A DNA stretch of 62,526 nucleotides, the filler included. It is 22 parts of 22 records of this genome, joined end to end, with 100 filler letters (N's around TTAATTAATTAA, not from the genome) between each part and the next. Parts side by side here need not be neighbours in the genome. Positions count along the whole stretch, not along the records: positions 21,896 to 26,372 come from SRR16133337_14382; positions 26,473 to 29,268 come from SRR16133337_14538; positions 29,369 to 32,032 come from SRR16133337_14539; positions 32,133 to 34,741 come from SRR16133337_14752; 18 more parts are not named here. One strand, written 5' to 3'. This document shows, in pieces, positions 21,896 to 33,822 of this stretch. A program made the translations under genes and the position numbers. Within the stretch, counting starts at the first letter, position 1; the number at the start of each line of letters is the position of its first letter. The notes under the pieces are model-generated. The model was not told the origin of the DNA. It saw nothing but the letters and a program-made list of their open reading frames with translations, and searched no databases.

Positions 21896-21925
21896 CGCAT
21901 CACGGTATCACCGTTTCACCATCTG
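21896..21925 (+). repeat. Octamer-periodic (TCACnnnn) bacterial intergenic repeat
   Basis: TCACGGTA-TCACCGTT-TCACCATC. The 20-mer at 21906-21925 is the exact reverse complement of 54166-54185; a related array lies at 26343-26372. Confidence 0.75.
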
Positions 21926-21930
21926 AATAG

Positions 21931-22818
21931 TTACTTAAATTTAAAGCGAAGTACAAATTCGTGTGTTCCTGAGGCAACGGTACTTAAATCAGATGTGGTT
22001 ATTTCATAAGCATATCCAAAATAGGTGTTGTTTATCAGTTTTAACAATACCGATGCAATAATTGACGTATCTACTCTATAGGCAACTCTAGCTTCTATTA
22101 AATTTGAAATATTAGCCGTAGCAGATACATCTAGCATCATAGGTTGCTCGGAAACAATTCTTGAAAAAACAGCGGGGGTGATCTCCAAATTTTCGTTGAC
22201 GGTAAATCGATAACCTCCGCCAAAATACAAGTGTAATTTTTCGTTGGTTATTTCAGGAATAATTGTACCAAAATTATCTGTTTTTGGTTTTTGAATGTCA
22301 CTTAATAATAAATTTGGAGAGGATAAATTCACATAATAGCGTTCTCCTTTTAAATAAGCCCCTACACCTACTAAAGGGTTAAAGGTACTTACATTCTCAC
22401 TGAATAAAGGATCATTAATACCCAAGGAAGCAAAATCAATCTTATACATGGATCCTCCTGCTTTTAACCCCAAATACAAATGGGTATCGCGATCCATTTG
22501 TAATTTATAGGAGAAATCTAAAGCAAAATCTGTTTGTTTTGATACAAAAAATTTATCGTTGATAATGGACAATCCCAAGCCTACATTTTTGCCAAAACTT
22601 CTTGAATAGGAGGCCATTTGCGTAACAGGATTGTCTTCTAAATCCAATGCCTGTTTTCTAAAACCAATATTCAATTCGCCAAATTCATTTGTCCCTGCAT
22701 AGGCAGGATTTAAGAGATTCATATTGTATGGATACATCAAAAAACGAGGAGCTGTTTCTTGAGCGTTTAAAACAGTTGATAGTAAAACAACTAAAAATAA
22801 GATCTTTATTGTCTTCAT
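21931..22818 (-). CDS. Type IX secretion system PorP/SprF family membrane protein
   Basis: Signal peptide MKTIKIL...LNAQ, YNMNLLNPAYAG, VGLGLSIIND, GYAYE, GTHEFVLRFKF (TIGR03519-type termini). The ORF track start (22851) is probably too far upstream. Confidence 0.92.
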   Translation of the reverse strand: MKTIKILFLVVLLSTVLNAQETAPRFLMYPYNMNLLNPAYAGTNEFGELNIGFRKQALDLEDNPVTQMASYSRSFGKNVGLGLSIINDKFFVSKQTDFALDFSYKLQMDRDTHLYLGLKAGGSMYKIDFASLGINDPLFSENVSTFNPLVGVGAYLKGERYYVNLSSPNLLLSDIQKPKTDNFGTIIPEITNEKLHLYFGGGYRFTVNENLEITPAVFSRIVSEQPMMLDVSATANISNLIEARVAYRVDTSIIASVLLKLINNTYFGYAYEITTSDLSTVASGTHEFVLRFKFK

Positions 22819-22829
22819 TTTGACTTTTT

Positions 22830-25800
22830 TTAATAATTGATATAAATCCATCCTTTTTTTAGCGAAGCCTTGGGATAGAATGTTGCTATAGGGTCTCCAG
22901 ATTTTAGTACGTAAATATAAGAATCCACGGGTAATTTTTGACGGATTCCTTTATTAGAATATCCATCCCAATCGTTTAAATAGGGACGGGCTTCAAAGAC
23001 TAATGTTCCTAAACGATTGAATATTTGAAGTTTGTTATTTGGATACATTTCGGTAAGTTTTTCAATTTTCCAAGTATCATTTATACTATCTCCATTAGGT
23101 GAAAATCCTTTAGGGATCTCAAGACGAACCTCTATGGTAAGGTCACAAGCATCCCCCTCTCCATCTTCATCTAAATCCAATTGATCTGGATTCTTTTCTA
23201 ACGGGCAGTTATCAACATCGTTTAAAATTCCATCTCCATCAAAATCTGTTACTGTTGTAATCTCCAGGACAAGTACCAATGTTTTTGTTTTAGAAGAAGA
23301 AGTACCCGTAACAAGCAATTCATAAACGCCAGTTTTAATTGCCCCTATATTTGAAAGGGTAAATTCAAAAAATCCATGAGAATTTACATCAATAGGAGAA
23401 ACAGGATTTACACTTACGGTTGTTCCATCAGGTATGCCACTTACACTAAAATCGACAGATTCGTTAAATCCATGAATCGTTTCATAATTGACGGTAAATA
23501 CCGCTTCCTCTATTTCTTCTCCAATCGTAATTTTAGAATCAGAACTTGTCATTATAAATGTAGGAGTATCAGAATAAAATACTCCTGTAAACAAACCTCT
23601 ACCATAGGTTGCTGCCAAGACGGCATGCCCCTCTTTTCTATACTGTAAATCCGTCACTTTTACATCACTCATCCCATTATAAGTTTGAGTCCAACTAGGA
23701 CTTGCATCGTTCCAATTTTCTGTTTTCCAAACGCCCAATTCCGTTCCAATAATAACTTCCTCTTCTATGATAGGGTTTTGAAGAATACATTTTACAGGAA
23801 TATCTGAAAAATCTCCTTCTTTGTTGCTCCAAGTAACTCCTTTGTCTAAACTAAACCAAATATTAGGAACGCCATAATTATGAAAGGTAACAAAAATTTC
23901 ATTTTCATTGGTTCCAAATTCAATATCCGAAATACTTCCTAAAAAACCAGGTCCCGTAATTTCTGTCCAAGAAGAACTTGAACTATCGGCATTTATTATT
24001 TTTAACAATTTTCCTGTTTCAGTTCCAACCATTAAAGTAGTGGTGTTTGTTGTATAAGGCGAAACTTTTAAAGCCGTAGGAGAAGCATCTAACAAATCAT
24101 TTTCTAAAGTACTTTTTGTCACAGAACCTATTCTTTCTGAAACATCCTTTAAACCAGAAAACCTATAAATCCTATAGGTATCGCTAGGTCTATAGGATCC
24201 ATTGGTGTATAAAATATCTAAATTAGAATCTAAATCTGCTTGATTGATAAAATCTCCATCTTCATTATTGGAAATAACTATTTTATTAAATACGAAATTA
24301 AGAAGATTCCAAAAGGGATCAATTTCGCTACTAAAACTAAGACTAACCAAAACGTAATCATTATAAAGCGTAGACATTATAAGATAGTCTTCTCCAATTT
24401 GATCTATAAAACAAAAACCTCCATCTCCACCATATGCCTCATAACTTCTATCGATAATTCCAAGGTTAGGGTTTTTTGAAAAAAGGAACGTTCCATTGTC
24501 TTGCGTACCTCCTAAAAGATATTCATTTGATGCTGTGGGTCCTATAGCTGCTCTGTAAAATTGTGTTGTATTGTAGTTAGAATTTACGGAAGTAATTGCC
24601 TCATAACTAGAAGGGGCTTCAGATAAAGAATTAGCATAATAGACACCTCCATCATTTCCAAAAACAGCTTGGTTCGAATTTCCAGGTCTAAAAGTCATGA
24701 CATGTTGATCGGCATGTACCAAAGATATATATAACTTCATTACTTTATAGGAACATCCCGAAATTTGATTCCATGAACTTGCTCCATCTGTAGAACGGAA
24801 CAAATCGATTCCACCAACATAAAGGATTTCATCATTTGTAGGATCTACTTCAATCATCAAGTTATAAAAATCTTGTTTTTTTGTAAAATCATCAGCAGGA
24901 ATGCCCGTATCAATATCAATAGGTTTGGAAAGTTCGGTGATATTTGAAAAGGCATCCTTTGTTCCAAAAATATGAGGAACCCCATTTTCTCCTGTTCCCT
25001 CTGTTAAGGCATACATTTTATTTGGATCTGTGGCGGAAACCGCGATTTCTACTCTATTAGAATTAGGTAAAGTCTTCATATAAGTCCATGTTTCTCCATC
25101 GATAGACTTAAATACATGTCCACCCCCTTCTACTGCTACTACTTCTTCTACTCGTGCCGGACTAATTGTTCCCATCCACAAAGAATTATCGGCAGCGATT
25201 TCAAAATCGTTGGGCACAAAATAAAAAGAAATTCCCCCTATCAAATACTTCATATTGCTCGATTCAATTCTTGTCCAATCCGTTCCTCCATTTACAGTTC
25301 TGTACAAACCGGCTGATTGTAAGCCTAGAAGACCATAAGAACCTAGGTAAGGTAGGGCTGTTTTATACAAAGTAGATCCAACAGCCACAAATACTTCCGT
25401 AGCAATACCATTGTCCCAAGCAATGATATCATTTATAAAATAGATACCTGCTAAAAGATTGGTAGTAGAACTAAAAAGATTTCCTAGACCAGAAGCTTGA
25501 ATAGGTACCTGTGTCCAATGAAACCCTCCATCTATAGATTTATAAACCCCATTGCCAACAACGGCACCGCGAGTATATTGTTCTCCGGTACCTAAATACC
25601 AGATGTTAGCATCCCTTGGATCCACGGTAATACAGGAAACCGCCAAATTTCCAGGAACGTTTGTAATTCTATTCCATTCTGAAGTAGCCTCTGTAATATC
25701 TTCATTTACCCATAAACCCCCACTGACTCCACCCGCAAAAACACGTTTATTTGTTGGGTCATTGGGATCAAATAATAAGGTTCTTGTTCTTCCTCCTACA

Positions 25801-26153
25801 TTGTTAGGTCCTCTTTCTATCCATTGATTGTCAATAGCATCTCCTGGAGTTTTTCTTTGAATCCTCTTTTTAGAGATTTTATTTTGAAGTGCCATTACTT
25901 TTTCCGGTTCGGGTTTTCCTGTTGCAGGATTCATCGTCAACTCCCACTCTCTTTCAAAATATTTGTTTGGAGGAAGTCCCTTTGCTTTTCTTTCTTTCTT
26001 AGAAAGTTTTAAAGATTCTTTTAGGGGACTCTTCGATAAATACTCCAGATGTGTTTTTCGTAACTTTTCTATAGAAAATTCTTTAGAGGGAATTAAAACA
26101 GACACGAGAAGGGCTGTAATTAAAAGAATTAGGATTAAAATTGTTTTTCTCAT
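22830..26153 (-). CDS. T9SS cargo: BNR/Asp-box beta-propeller (VPS10-like) + thrombospondin type 3 repeat + type B CTD (CHU_C)
   Basis: WIERGPNNVGGRTR; Asp-boxes YKSIDGGFHW, YRTVNGGTDW, FRSTDGASSW and FSLDKGVTW; HADQH; GGTQDNG; AATYGRGL; TSP3 DFDGDGILNDVDNCP...DGEGDACD; CTD IPKGFSPNGDSINDTW...IFNRLG...WDG...KGWIYINY. Confidence 0.9.
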   Translation of the reverse strand: MRKTILILILLITALLVSVLIPSKEFSIEKLRKTHLEYLSKSPLKESLKLSKKERKAKGLPPNKYFEREWELTMNPATGKPEPEKVMALQNKISKKRIQRKTPGDAIDNQWIERGPNNVGGRTRTLLFDPNDPTNKRVFAGGVSGGLWVNEDITEATSEWNRITNVPGNLAVSCITVDPRDANIWYLGTGEQYTRGAVVGNGVYKSIDGGFHWTQVPIQASGLGNLFSSTTNLLAGIYFINDIIAWDNGIATEVFVAVGSTLYKTALPYLGSYGLLGLQSAGLYRTVNGGTDWTRIESSNMKYLIGGISFYFVPNDFEIAADNSLWMGTISPARVEEVVAVEGGGHVFKSIDGETWTYMKTLPNSNRVEIAVSATDPNKMYALTEGTGENGVPHIFGTKDAFSNITELSKPIDIDTGIPADDFTKKQDFYNLMIEVDPTNDEILYVGGIDLFRSTDGASSWNQISGCSYKVMKLYISLVHADQHVMTFRPGNSNQAVFGNDGGVYYANSLSEAPSSYEAITSVNSNYNTTQFYRAAIGPTASNEYLLGGTQDNGTFLFSKNPNLGIIDRSYEAYGGDGGFCFIDQIGEDYLIMSTLYNDYVLVSLSFSSEIDPFWNLLNFVFNKIVISNNEDGDFINQADLDSNLDILYTNGSYRPSDTYRIYRFSGLKDVSERIGSVTKSTLENDLLDASPTALKVSPYTTNTTTLMVGTETGKLLKIINADSSSSSWTEITGPGFLGSISDIEFGTNENEIFVTFHNYGVPNIWFSLDKGVTWSNKEGDFSDIPVKCILQNPIIEEEVIIGTELGVWKTENWNDASPSWTQTYNGMSDVKVTDLQYRKEGHAVLAATYGRGLFTGVFYSDTPTFIMTSSDSKITIGEEIEEAVFTVNYETIHGFNESVDFSVSGIPDGTTVSVNPVSPIDVNSHGFFEFTLSNIGAIKTGVYELLVTGTSSSKTKTLVLVLEITTVTDFDGDGILNDVDNCPLEKNPDQLDLDEDGEGDACDLTIEVRLEIPKGFSPNGDSINDTWKIEKLTEMYPNNKLQIFNRLGTLVFEARPYLNDWDGYSNKGIRQKLPVDSYIYVLKSGDPIATFYPKASLKKGWIYINY

Positions 26154-26296
26154 AAAGGAACATATGTTCTAAACATTTATTTTTTTAAAATTTCTTAGAA
26201 AAAAACAAAGTTCTCTTTGATCTTTTTTACAAATTTTTGGTGCAAGTTATTCATAATTTGTTGCTTTCAAAAAAAATAAACAGATTTCTTTATAAT

Positions 26297-26372
26297 TATA
26301 CTCCGCTCAGTTAGAACCCCGAAATTTTTTTGCTATTCTATTTCACTGCATCACCGCATCACCGCATCACTG
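26297..26372 (+). repeat. TATACTCCG-N4-GTTAGAA motif followed by an octamer array
   Basis: Motif at 26297-26320 is shared with 21772-21795; TCACTGCA-TCACCGCA-TCACCGCA-TCACTG runs into the contig break. Confidence 0.7.
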
Positions 26373-29368
26373 NNNNNNNNNNNNNNNNNNNNNNNNNNNN
26401 NNNNNNNNNNNNNNNNTTAATTAATTAANNNNNNNNNNNNNNNNNNNNNNNNNNNNNNNNNNNNNNNNNNNNCATATGCAAAATTTTAATGTTTTGGGCT
26501 TTAAAACTTCAAAAAACAATCTGAATATGATATGTCTACTTTTCCACAAACTCAATTTTGAAAATGAATATTAACACGGAGGTGCGTCCTTCGTTCATGC
26601 ACCAATTAAAAACGTACGTGTTTTTGGAGAAAATCCCACTCTTAAACTTCTGAAAATTGTAACTAATCAAAAGATTTAAAGCCGAAGTTTTTTTGTTGTT
26701 GCAATCTTAATACACTCTGTAACACTCATGAGATAATAGCCTACAGGAAATCATTGCTGATGCAGAAAAAAGAATGGCTGTTTTCGCGGCTTTTTTCACA
26801 TTTCATTATCAAATAAAAAAACGTTTCACTGCGAAAATCTTGTTTAAATTCACAGGTGTTGTTATTCCGATCGTATTAACAACATATTTGATTTTTAGGA
26901 AATCTACAGATTTGGAATACAGAACGAGAAATGCGCTTTTAGGATGTCTTCACAAAATATTTCCACACTTTTTGAAGTGTGGGGTTTTTTGTCACTGGAT
27001 TTTTTCGATGTAATCACGCCACCACACACCATGCACCACCTCAACTCACAGCCCCACTCTCTTTGTTTCTCGAAAAAAAAACCCTTGAAGGGGTGGAGTT
27101 AGTCCGTATTTATTCATGCCGATTGACCAAAATTTAACGAGGCAAGCAAACCTTCCTTCCAAAAAAATCAAAAATACAACGAGGAAAATCGCCAAACTCC
27201 CCAAGAGAAAAAACAAACTGCACATTTGGGACCAAAACAAACCGCAAACGACATTTCATCCCGAAACATTGACTAACAAGAACGCATACCAGCCAACTCC
27301 ATTTCACTCGATTGTCATTTTGTGCCTTCGCATTTTATTAAAATTTGACTTCGCACTTTCTTGTGGAGAACCTTTGTGTTACGGTGGAAGATTGCTGCAC
27401 TGGCATGTTCACGAGGAAGGGATCTCATACGATCAAACGACTCATCAACAGAAATGAAAACGAGGGACTCGGTGGCAAAAGAGGCTTTTGGGTGGGAAAC
27501 AAAAGTATTGTCACTTATCCGGACGACTTAGTTTCCACTTATTTTTTTGCGCATTCGTTTTGGTCATTCGCCAATTCGTTCTTTGTCGTTTCACCAGGTG
27601 AAGCAAGGACACCCGTTCTTAAAATAGCAGGACCAGTTGCTGTGGGGTCGCATCTCGATTTTTCTAATCAAACTTTGAAAAAATAGTGAACAAGTAATTA
27701 ATTTAGTTTTGGAAAAAAGTGAAAATTAATCAGAAAACCTTTTTTTTCGGTTCTGGAAAGGAATCACGTCATCAAAAGGAAATTTGTTCAAATGAAGCGT
27801 GCCCCGTCCTGAAGAGCGGTGAATGCACAGGACATACTTGATTCACGAAAGTAGCGATAATGGTTTTTTTGAAACAGTAATAACGGCTATTTTCAAAATC
27901 AAAACATATTTCCTTTGTCAGAAACAATTTCCTCCAAAATGACTGGAAGAACACATGGCAAATGAAGTGATAGGTTTAACTATTTGCAGTGGTTTTTGTA
28001 GCATCACACATTTTATGCAAAACGCACAAAAAATTGCAAGATTCACAACTGTTCATATTTATTTGCAAAAGCCATGAAAATTAGTTCGGACTACCACAAC
28101 ACTCACACTTCTCCCAAAGTAGCTCTACTATGAGACTCACAGCCGTGACATTTAGCAGCCAAAATATGTTTCTAAGATTCCCTATTCACACCATCTAACG
28201 ATGTATCACTAGTGATTTACAAATGAAAAGATATGTCTTGAACATAAAAAGGAAAAAGATAAGTGTACCAAAAAATATGTTTTGTATTGAAAATGTTGGA
28301 TGACACCCACCTTGAGAAGATGGAAATATTCCCCTCGTCATATCCTTTTCAAAAATGTGTACAATTTACGTGCTTTAATTTGCGTGTACTCTCTCACTTC
28401 ACTTGTTCAAGAACAGGTGAACCTTGACTGTTTTTGTAGGTATTACGACGGTTCAATAAATCTCATGACATCATCGTGATGTTGATATGATTTTTCGGAT
28501 TTAGACAACATTTTTGCGATATTCATGACGTTTTGGGTTGTGTTTTTTCAAAATACTTCGTAGTTTTTGACTGTGTAACGAGTATTATGTTCTTGCAGCA
28601 GCATGGTGTGGCTAACGCGTATGTGTGTAACCTCCATCCGGAGCGGGTACGGGTAAAAAATAACGGATTTGTCGTCCTAGCCTAATTGCCTAATTGCGTT
28701 TTCATTGCAAACCTTCGCATTTTGCATGTTTAGCCCAAAAGTTTACGTTCTCTATTTTACATTATATTTTGGTTAGAGTGACACAAATAATATGCCTGCT
28801 CCCCACAGTGAACTCACATTACGCCCGTGCACCATTTTTTGTTTCTTTGCTCCTTCAGTTAAAATTCCTCGTCTTTTCCAAAGACATAATCTCAAATATT
28901 ACATAAATAAACTTTTTTCCATACACTGGCGCGGATTCAACTTTTCTTGCTCCACGCACCCTTTTTTAGACCACATTACCCCACGCATTTCATCAAGTTT
29001 GACGTGCAAAAACACCCATTGAGATTGAAATGTTTCATTCTTCGTTTAAGTTTGCATTCGTGTACAAAATAGCAGGATTTTGTTCGAGGTGAACTTTGGA
29101 ACTTCATTTTCCCTGCTCATTATTGTGAGGATTTTGGATGTGTGTACAACACAAGGGAGAAATGAACCGGAAAAGCGCTTAGTTGGATCTCGGATCCAAA
29201 AAAGGATGCTTCTCAACTGATCGAAGAAAGTTTAACTCAAAACACTACATATGCTAACAAGATAAGAANNNNNNNNNNNNNNNNNNNNNNNNNNNNNNNN
29301 NNNNNNNNNNNNTTAATTAATTAANNNNNNNNNNNNNNNNNNNNNNNNNNNNNNNNNNNNNNNNNNNN

Positions 29369-29436
29369 TTGTGTGTGTGTGTGTGTGTGTGTCAAAATCC
29401 CAATTTTGACTTTACGCAAATGTGGACAACCCCTTA
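29369..29436 (-). mobile_element. (TG)n tract plus single Harbinger-type MITE terminus
   Basis: Reverse complement TAA-GGGGTTGTCCACATTTGCGT resembles the TIRs of the MITEs at 33026 and 33823; the other end is lost at the contig break. Confidence 0.5.
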
Positions 29437-29477
29437 AAAAACATCTACGCCTATATAAAATTTATGAGAACACTCAC

Positions 29478-31869
29478 CTGGAAGTGGTTCCCCAGGAGTG
29501 CCGAAAATCCAACCTGCCATATTAGCATACCCTTCAACAGTTCTCCTTAGAATACACCCAAGTTCTCGATTGAACGTCCAACCTTTACATTCATCCATCT
29601 TGTGGCACGCATCACAGCAAGAATCTACAGATTGTTCCTCACTATTTTGACCTAATGTTTCACCACCAAGCCAGCCATCTGTCGATTCACAATCTTTATC
29701 ATCCTTATCTGGTAAAGACGCCGAAGAATCTGAATCTTCCTCTAAATATCACCACAAGGCAAAATTAGAGAAACAAATGAAACTTTTTTGGGTCTCGATT
29801 TGATAACTGGGGACTCTTGTTCTCTTCTGTGGGAATTCGAGTGAGAAATATCCCGCATGCAGGCTAAACCAAAGCAAGAACCCCCACCCACACCACTCCC
29901 TAAAATACAAAAAAAAAATGGTGGTTTGAGGGTGTGCATGTGTGGAATTGTGGAGGTGTAGTGAGTGGTGATGAGAAGTGTGTGGTGGGGGTGTTCTTGG
30001 TAGAACTTTGGAGAGGCGTTTTTTTAGTGAAAAGGAGCCCTCTCAAACATTTTCCAAAATATTTTCGATTCGCTGCACTCGCAAAATATCTTGTATTTCT
30101 TTGCCACCAAGAGCCCCCTGTCGCCCGTTTAGTACATGTATTTGTTGTATGTTTTCTTGAAAACCTTGTATTTGCTAAGGGTGTGGGGTGGTGTGTGGTG
30201 GTGTAGGTGTGGTGGCGTGGTTCTTGCTCTGAATTCCCCCCTATATTGGCAATTTGTTTTCCGTTTGAGGAGGAAACCCATGTTACAATTTTCAACTTTG
30301 TTCACGAAAAATATTGTTTGGTCAAATATTCAGTCTTATGATAACATGAAATGCGAAAACATATGAAACATTTAACACACGCCAAACCATACAAAACGCA
30401 TGAATGTTTCGTGTTGTCAAGATATTTCTTCCATAAAGTTGGATACTCAATGTGGTAGTCAAATTCTGGAAAGTTGGGTGTGTTGTACCTTTTTCAAAAC
30501 ATCCGCCTTCTCGAAGCTCATCATCAGATGTTGTTTTGTCCCATTCGCATGAAACAGATGTCGTACTCCATCCCCATCCATCTCCACAATTTTCAGCAGT
30601 ACAATCGCAAACACTTTCTACGTCCCAGCAACCTAATATACACACAATTGCAAAAACAATTTACTACGCAAAACGGTTACGAGTACTGGGGAAATTACCC
30701 AGGTTGTGAAAATGTTATCCGGGCACTTGTCCAAACATGTAGCTGCATTGTATCTATCTTCTTCCACATATCTTTTGATACATTTGTTCTATTTCTTCGC
30801 ATGCCCTGAAGTAGACTAACGTTTGATACCGAAACTACTTCCTGTGGAAGACTTTTTTTAAGGCTTACTTTTGTTATCACATTCAATCTAAATGTTCGGG
30901 TGGGAATTCGGAAAATTTACTTGCGCGTAGTATGAGAAAATTTTCACATTTTGTTCGTATTTTGGAACATGAAGATGGTTTTGCAAAAACAATAGAGACG
31001 ATTACGCGGCTTTCTTCCAACATCCCGCTCACAACCCCTCCACAACACCACTGATTATATAAAAAAATTTGGTGGTGTGTCAGACTCGCAACCGGGTCTT
31101 GCGTGTTCACTTTTATGTGATTCTAAGTGATAAATAGTATGCATAATGATAAAAATACCCGATTGGAGACAAAATCGTGTTTTCACAATTTTTCGCACAA
31201 AATACTCTGGTCATAATTTCATTCTTAAAGTTTGCAACTGCGAGAAAATGATGGGTTTAACAAGTCTCAAACGGGAAATTACGCTGAACCTCCAGAAAAA
31301 AATTTTTTTTTTCCATATGGTTCAAGCTACGAATTATGATAAATGTTAGAGCACGGCAAATTCTACATGTAAAAAAGGACACATATTTTACCTGGACAGC
31401 CACCATCACGTAATTCGTCAGACGATGTATATGCTCCAAAGATGCAAGACCGTGCGTTTGTCGACCAACCCCAGTCTTCACAATTTTCTTCCAGGCACTC
31501 ACACACACCGACATTTGCACAATCGCCTAAGGCAGAAACAATATGATTTAATTCATACGCGAAAATTGTCAAAATTATGAAAACAAAATGATAATTCTTT
31601 ATAAGTACGTTCAATTTTAGTTTGAAGAGGCAAATACTATCGATAAAAAAACGCCACACACCGAAATAAAACCATTGTGTTTTTTAAAATGCAAACATAT
31701 ACACAAACCACACACAAATGACCTATTACAATACCTAAACACCCTTGCTCCAGTAATTCGTGTTCTGTTGTGATCGAACCTTCAAAACATTCTCCTTGTA
31801 TTGTACTCCATCCCCAACCTGGACATTTTTCTGAACATTCACACGCTGAAAAAATCCAGCAGTCATCGT
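29478..31869 (-). CDS. Eukaryotic extracellular protein: three 6-Cys WGWST modules + PAN/apple-like domain, 4 symmetric phase-1 exons
   Basis: Exons 31735-31869 (135 nt), 31392-31526 (135), 30489-30632 (144) and 29478-29741 (264), all GT-AG and phase 1-1. The last exon has C..GWLGGETL..SVDSCCDACHKMDECKGWTFNRELGCILR (PAN_4-like). Confidence 0.8.
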
Positions 31870-33025
31870 CTAAAGAAAACACAGACGTGTTTTTGTAGCG
31901 TGTCATTTGCTTTAAGAAATATTACGGAGAACCACTTCCATATCCACATATAACCCCTCAACACCTCATGCACTCCGAAATTTGAAAATTTGGGTTTGTT
32001 TTGACTTTCCACAAAAATTATATTTGGCTTTTNNNNNNNNNNNNNNNNNNNNNNNNNNNNNNNNNNNNNNNNNNNNTTAATTAATTAANNNNNNNNNNNN
32101 NNNNNNNNNNNNNNNNNNNNNNNNNNNNNNNNTTTTTAACGAAATTTCGTCCAAAAAAGTAAAAAATTCTTAAAATCCGCACTCATCAAAACAATTTTTG
32201 TGAAACTTTCACAAAGTAACCACATTCGGCAGGAGTTTCTTGAGAAAATGTTTTTGGAATTTTGTGAAAAAATTATCTCTTCACAAGTCCAGTTAAAAAG
32301 AACAACATTAAGGTTGTCTCACCAGTGTCTAGAATGCGTGTCCAGATCATCTTGTTACCCTAATTCAGTTTATCCCATAAGTGTCTTTCAGTAAGAAAAT
32401 ACACCAAAAATGTTGTGCCCAGATTTGAAAATTGCTCAATTTAATGAAAACAAGTTACAAACGTTAAACTTTTACACAAACACCACAATATTTCTTTTTT
32501 CCAACAACTTCGTACCCCTCACAAAATCTTCACACCAGCTTGGAACTTTTTGCTGTTCCAATTATAATTTGCATAACCGAGATTTCCATCAATTTCTTCT
32601 ACCATAAGAATATTCACCACCAACATCATTTCTTCAGAGCTATCTCCATCTTGTCCATTGGAACACAATCCTCCTCATCTCGACGGTTTCTCCACAAAGT
32701 CCCCTTTTCGTTTGTTGGATTAGTTCATTTTTCAAATTTCAGGTATTCTGAATCAAACCAACAGTTAGTCGTAAACAAGCTAAAAATCAAAACTCGTAAA
32801 CTCCAAAAACAAATTTGGGTGCTTTTTTTAATTTCGAGTACAACAACTTGCCAAGAATCACCGAGTAATTTGTCATAAAAAATTCGCTCCACTTCACAGA
32901 CACTTCAAGCTAGGAACAAAACTTTCATAATTGTGGAGAAATTACGCAACCAGGCTGCCGAAAATTTATGAAAAATATTTTATCATATTTACTTCTTCTG
33001 TTAAAATTTAGTGTAAAGGTAGTAA

Positions 33026-33437
33026 GGGTCATCCATAAATTGCGTCCGCCGGACAAAGAGGAGGGGTCTGGACAAAACGGACGCAAGAGGGAGGGGGATG
33101 TAGTGGGAATGTGGGGTGGAGTGTGGGTAGGGTGGGTATGTGTGTTAGGTTTGAGTAAATTTAAGTGAAATGTTAAAATGACTTGTTGAGGAGTTTTTGG
33201 TTCTGACCCTGGAAAAATAAGTTGAATTTGATGCTCCAGCACATCACCAAATTGAGTTTTGGGTAAGAAAAGCGGTCTAAGCAAATCAGACGTCCGCCAA
33301 ACACCCGAAGGGTGAGTGGGTGTGTGTGGGAGGGGGAGGGAGGGGGGGGTGTGAGGATTGCGGACTTAGCGGACGCAATGGGTGGGAGGAGGGTCAGAAA
33401 TGTGAGTGTCTGTGCGAACGCAATTTATGGACGGCCC
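33026..33437. mobile_element. PIF/Harbinger (Tourist-like) MITE, 412 bp
   Basis: 24-bp TIRs GGGTCATCCATAAATTGCGTCCGC / GGGCCGTCCATAAATTGCGTTCGC (21/24 match); TAA duplication at 33023-33025 and 33438-33440. Confidence 0.85.
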
Positions 33438-33822
33438 TAAGAACAGTCAAGTTTTTTCAAGACAACTTTCTTATTCAAAACAATTATTTTGTGCAAACGT
33501 TCGAAACAAATCTGAACACCTTTTACCAATTTTCTCCCCACCTAAATCCCATTCATAGCTCCAAAAAATCTTTCCCCGAAATTTTAGTCTCCTACCACCC
33601 ACACACCCTTCCACCCACACCCAGTTCACACACCACCCACCCACCCACCTACACACACTGGCTCTCCCACACGCACCTCCCCCTCCTACCTAAATCAAGT
33701 GAAAATACACTAGGCACATGAAAAAAAATCACGAAGGTCGAGCGGCATGCAGGTGTGTTTTCTCTACCAAATGCAAAACTTAAGTTTAGCGAGACATTTG
33801 TTAAAATATTTTTTGGTGGTAA

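Noticed and set aside
26473..29268. Coding potential in this contig (ORFs around 27046-27686)
   Set aside because: No stop-free, splice-consistent or recognisable frame found by eye.
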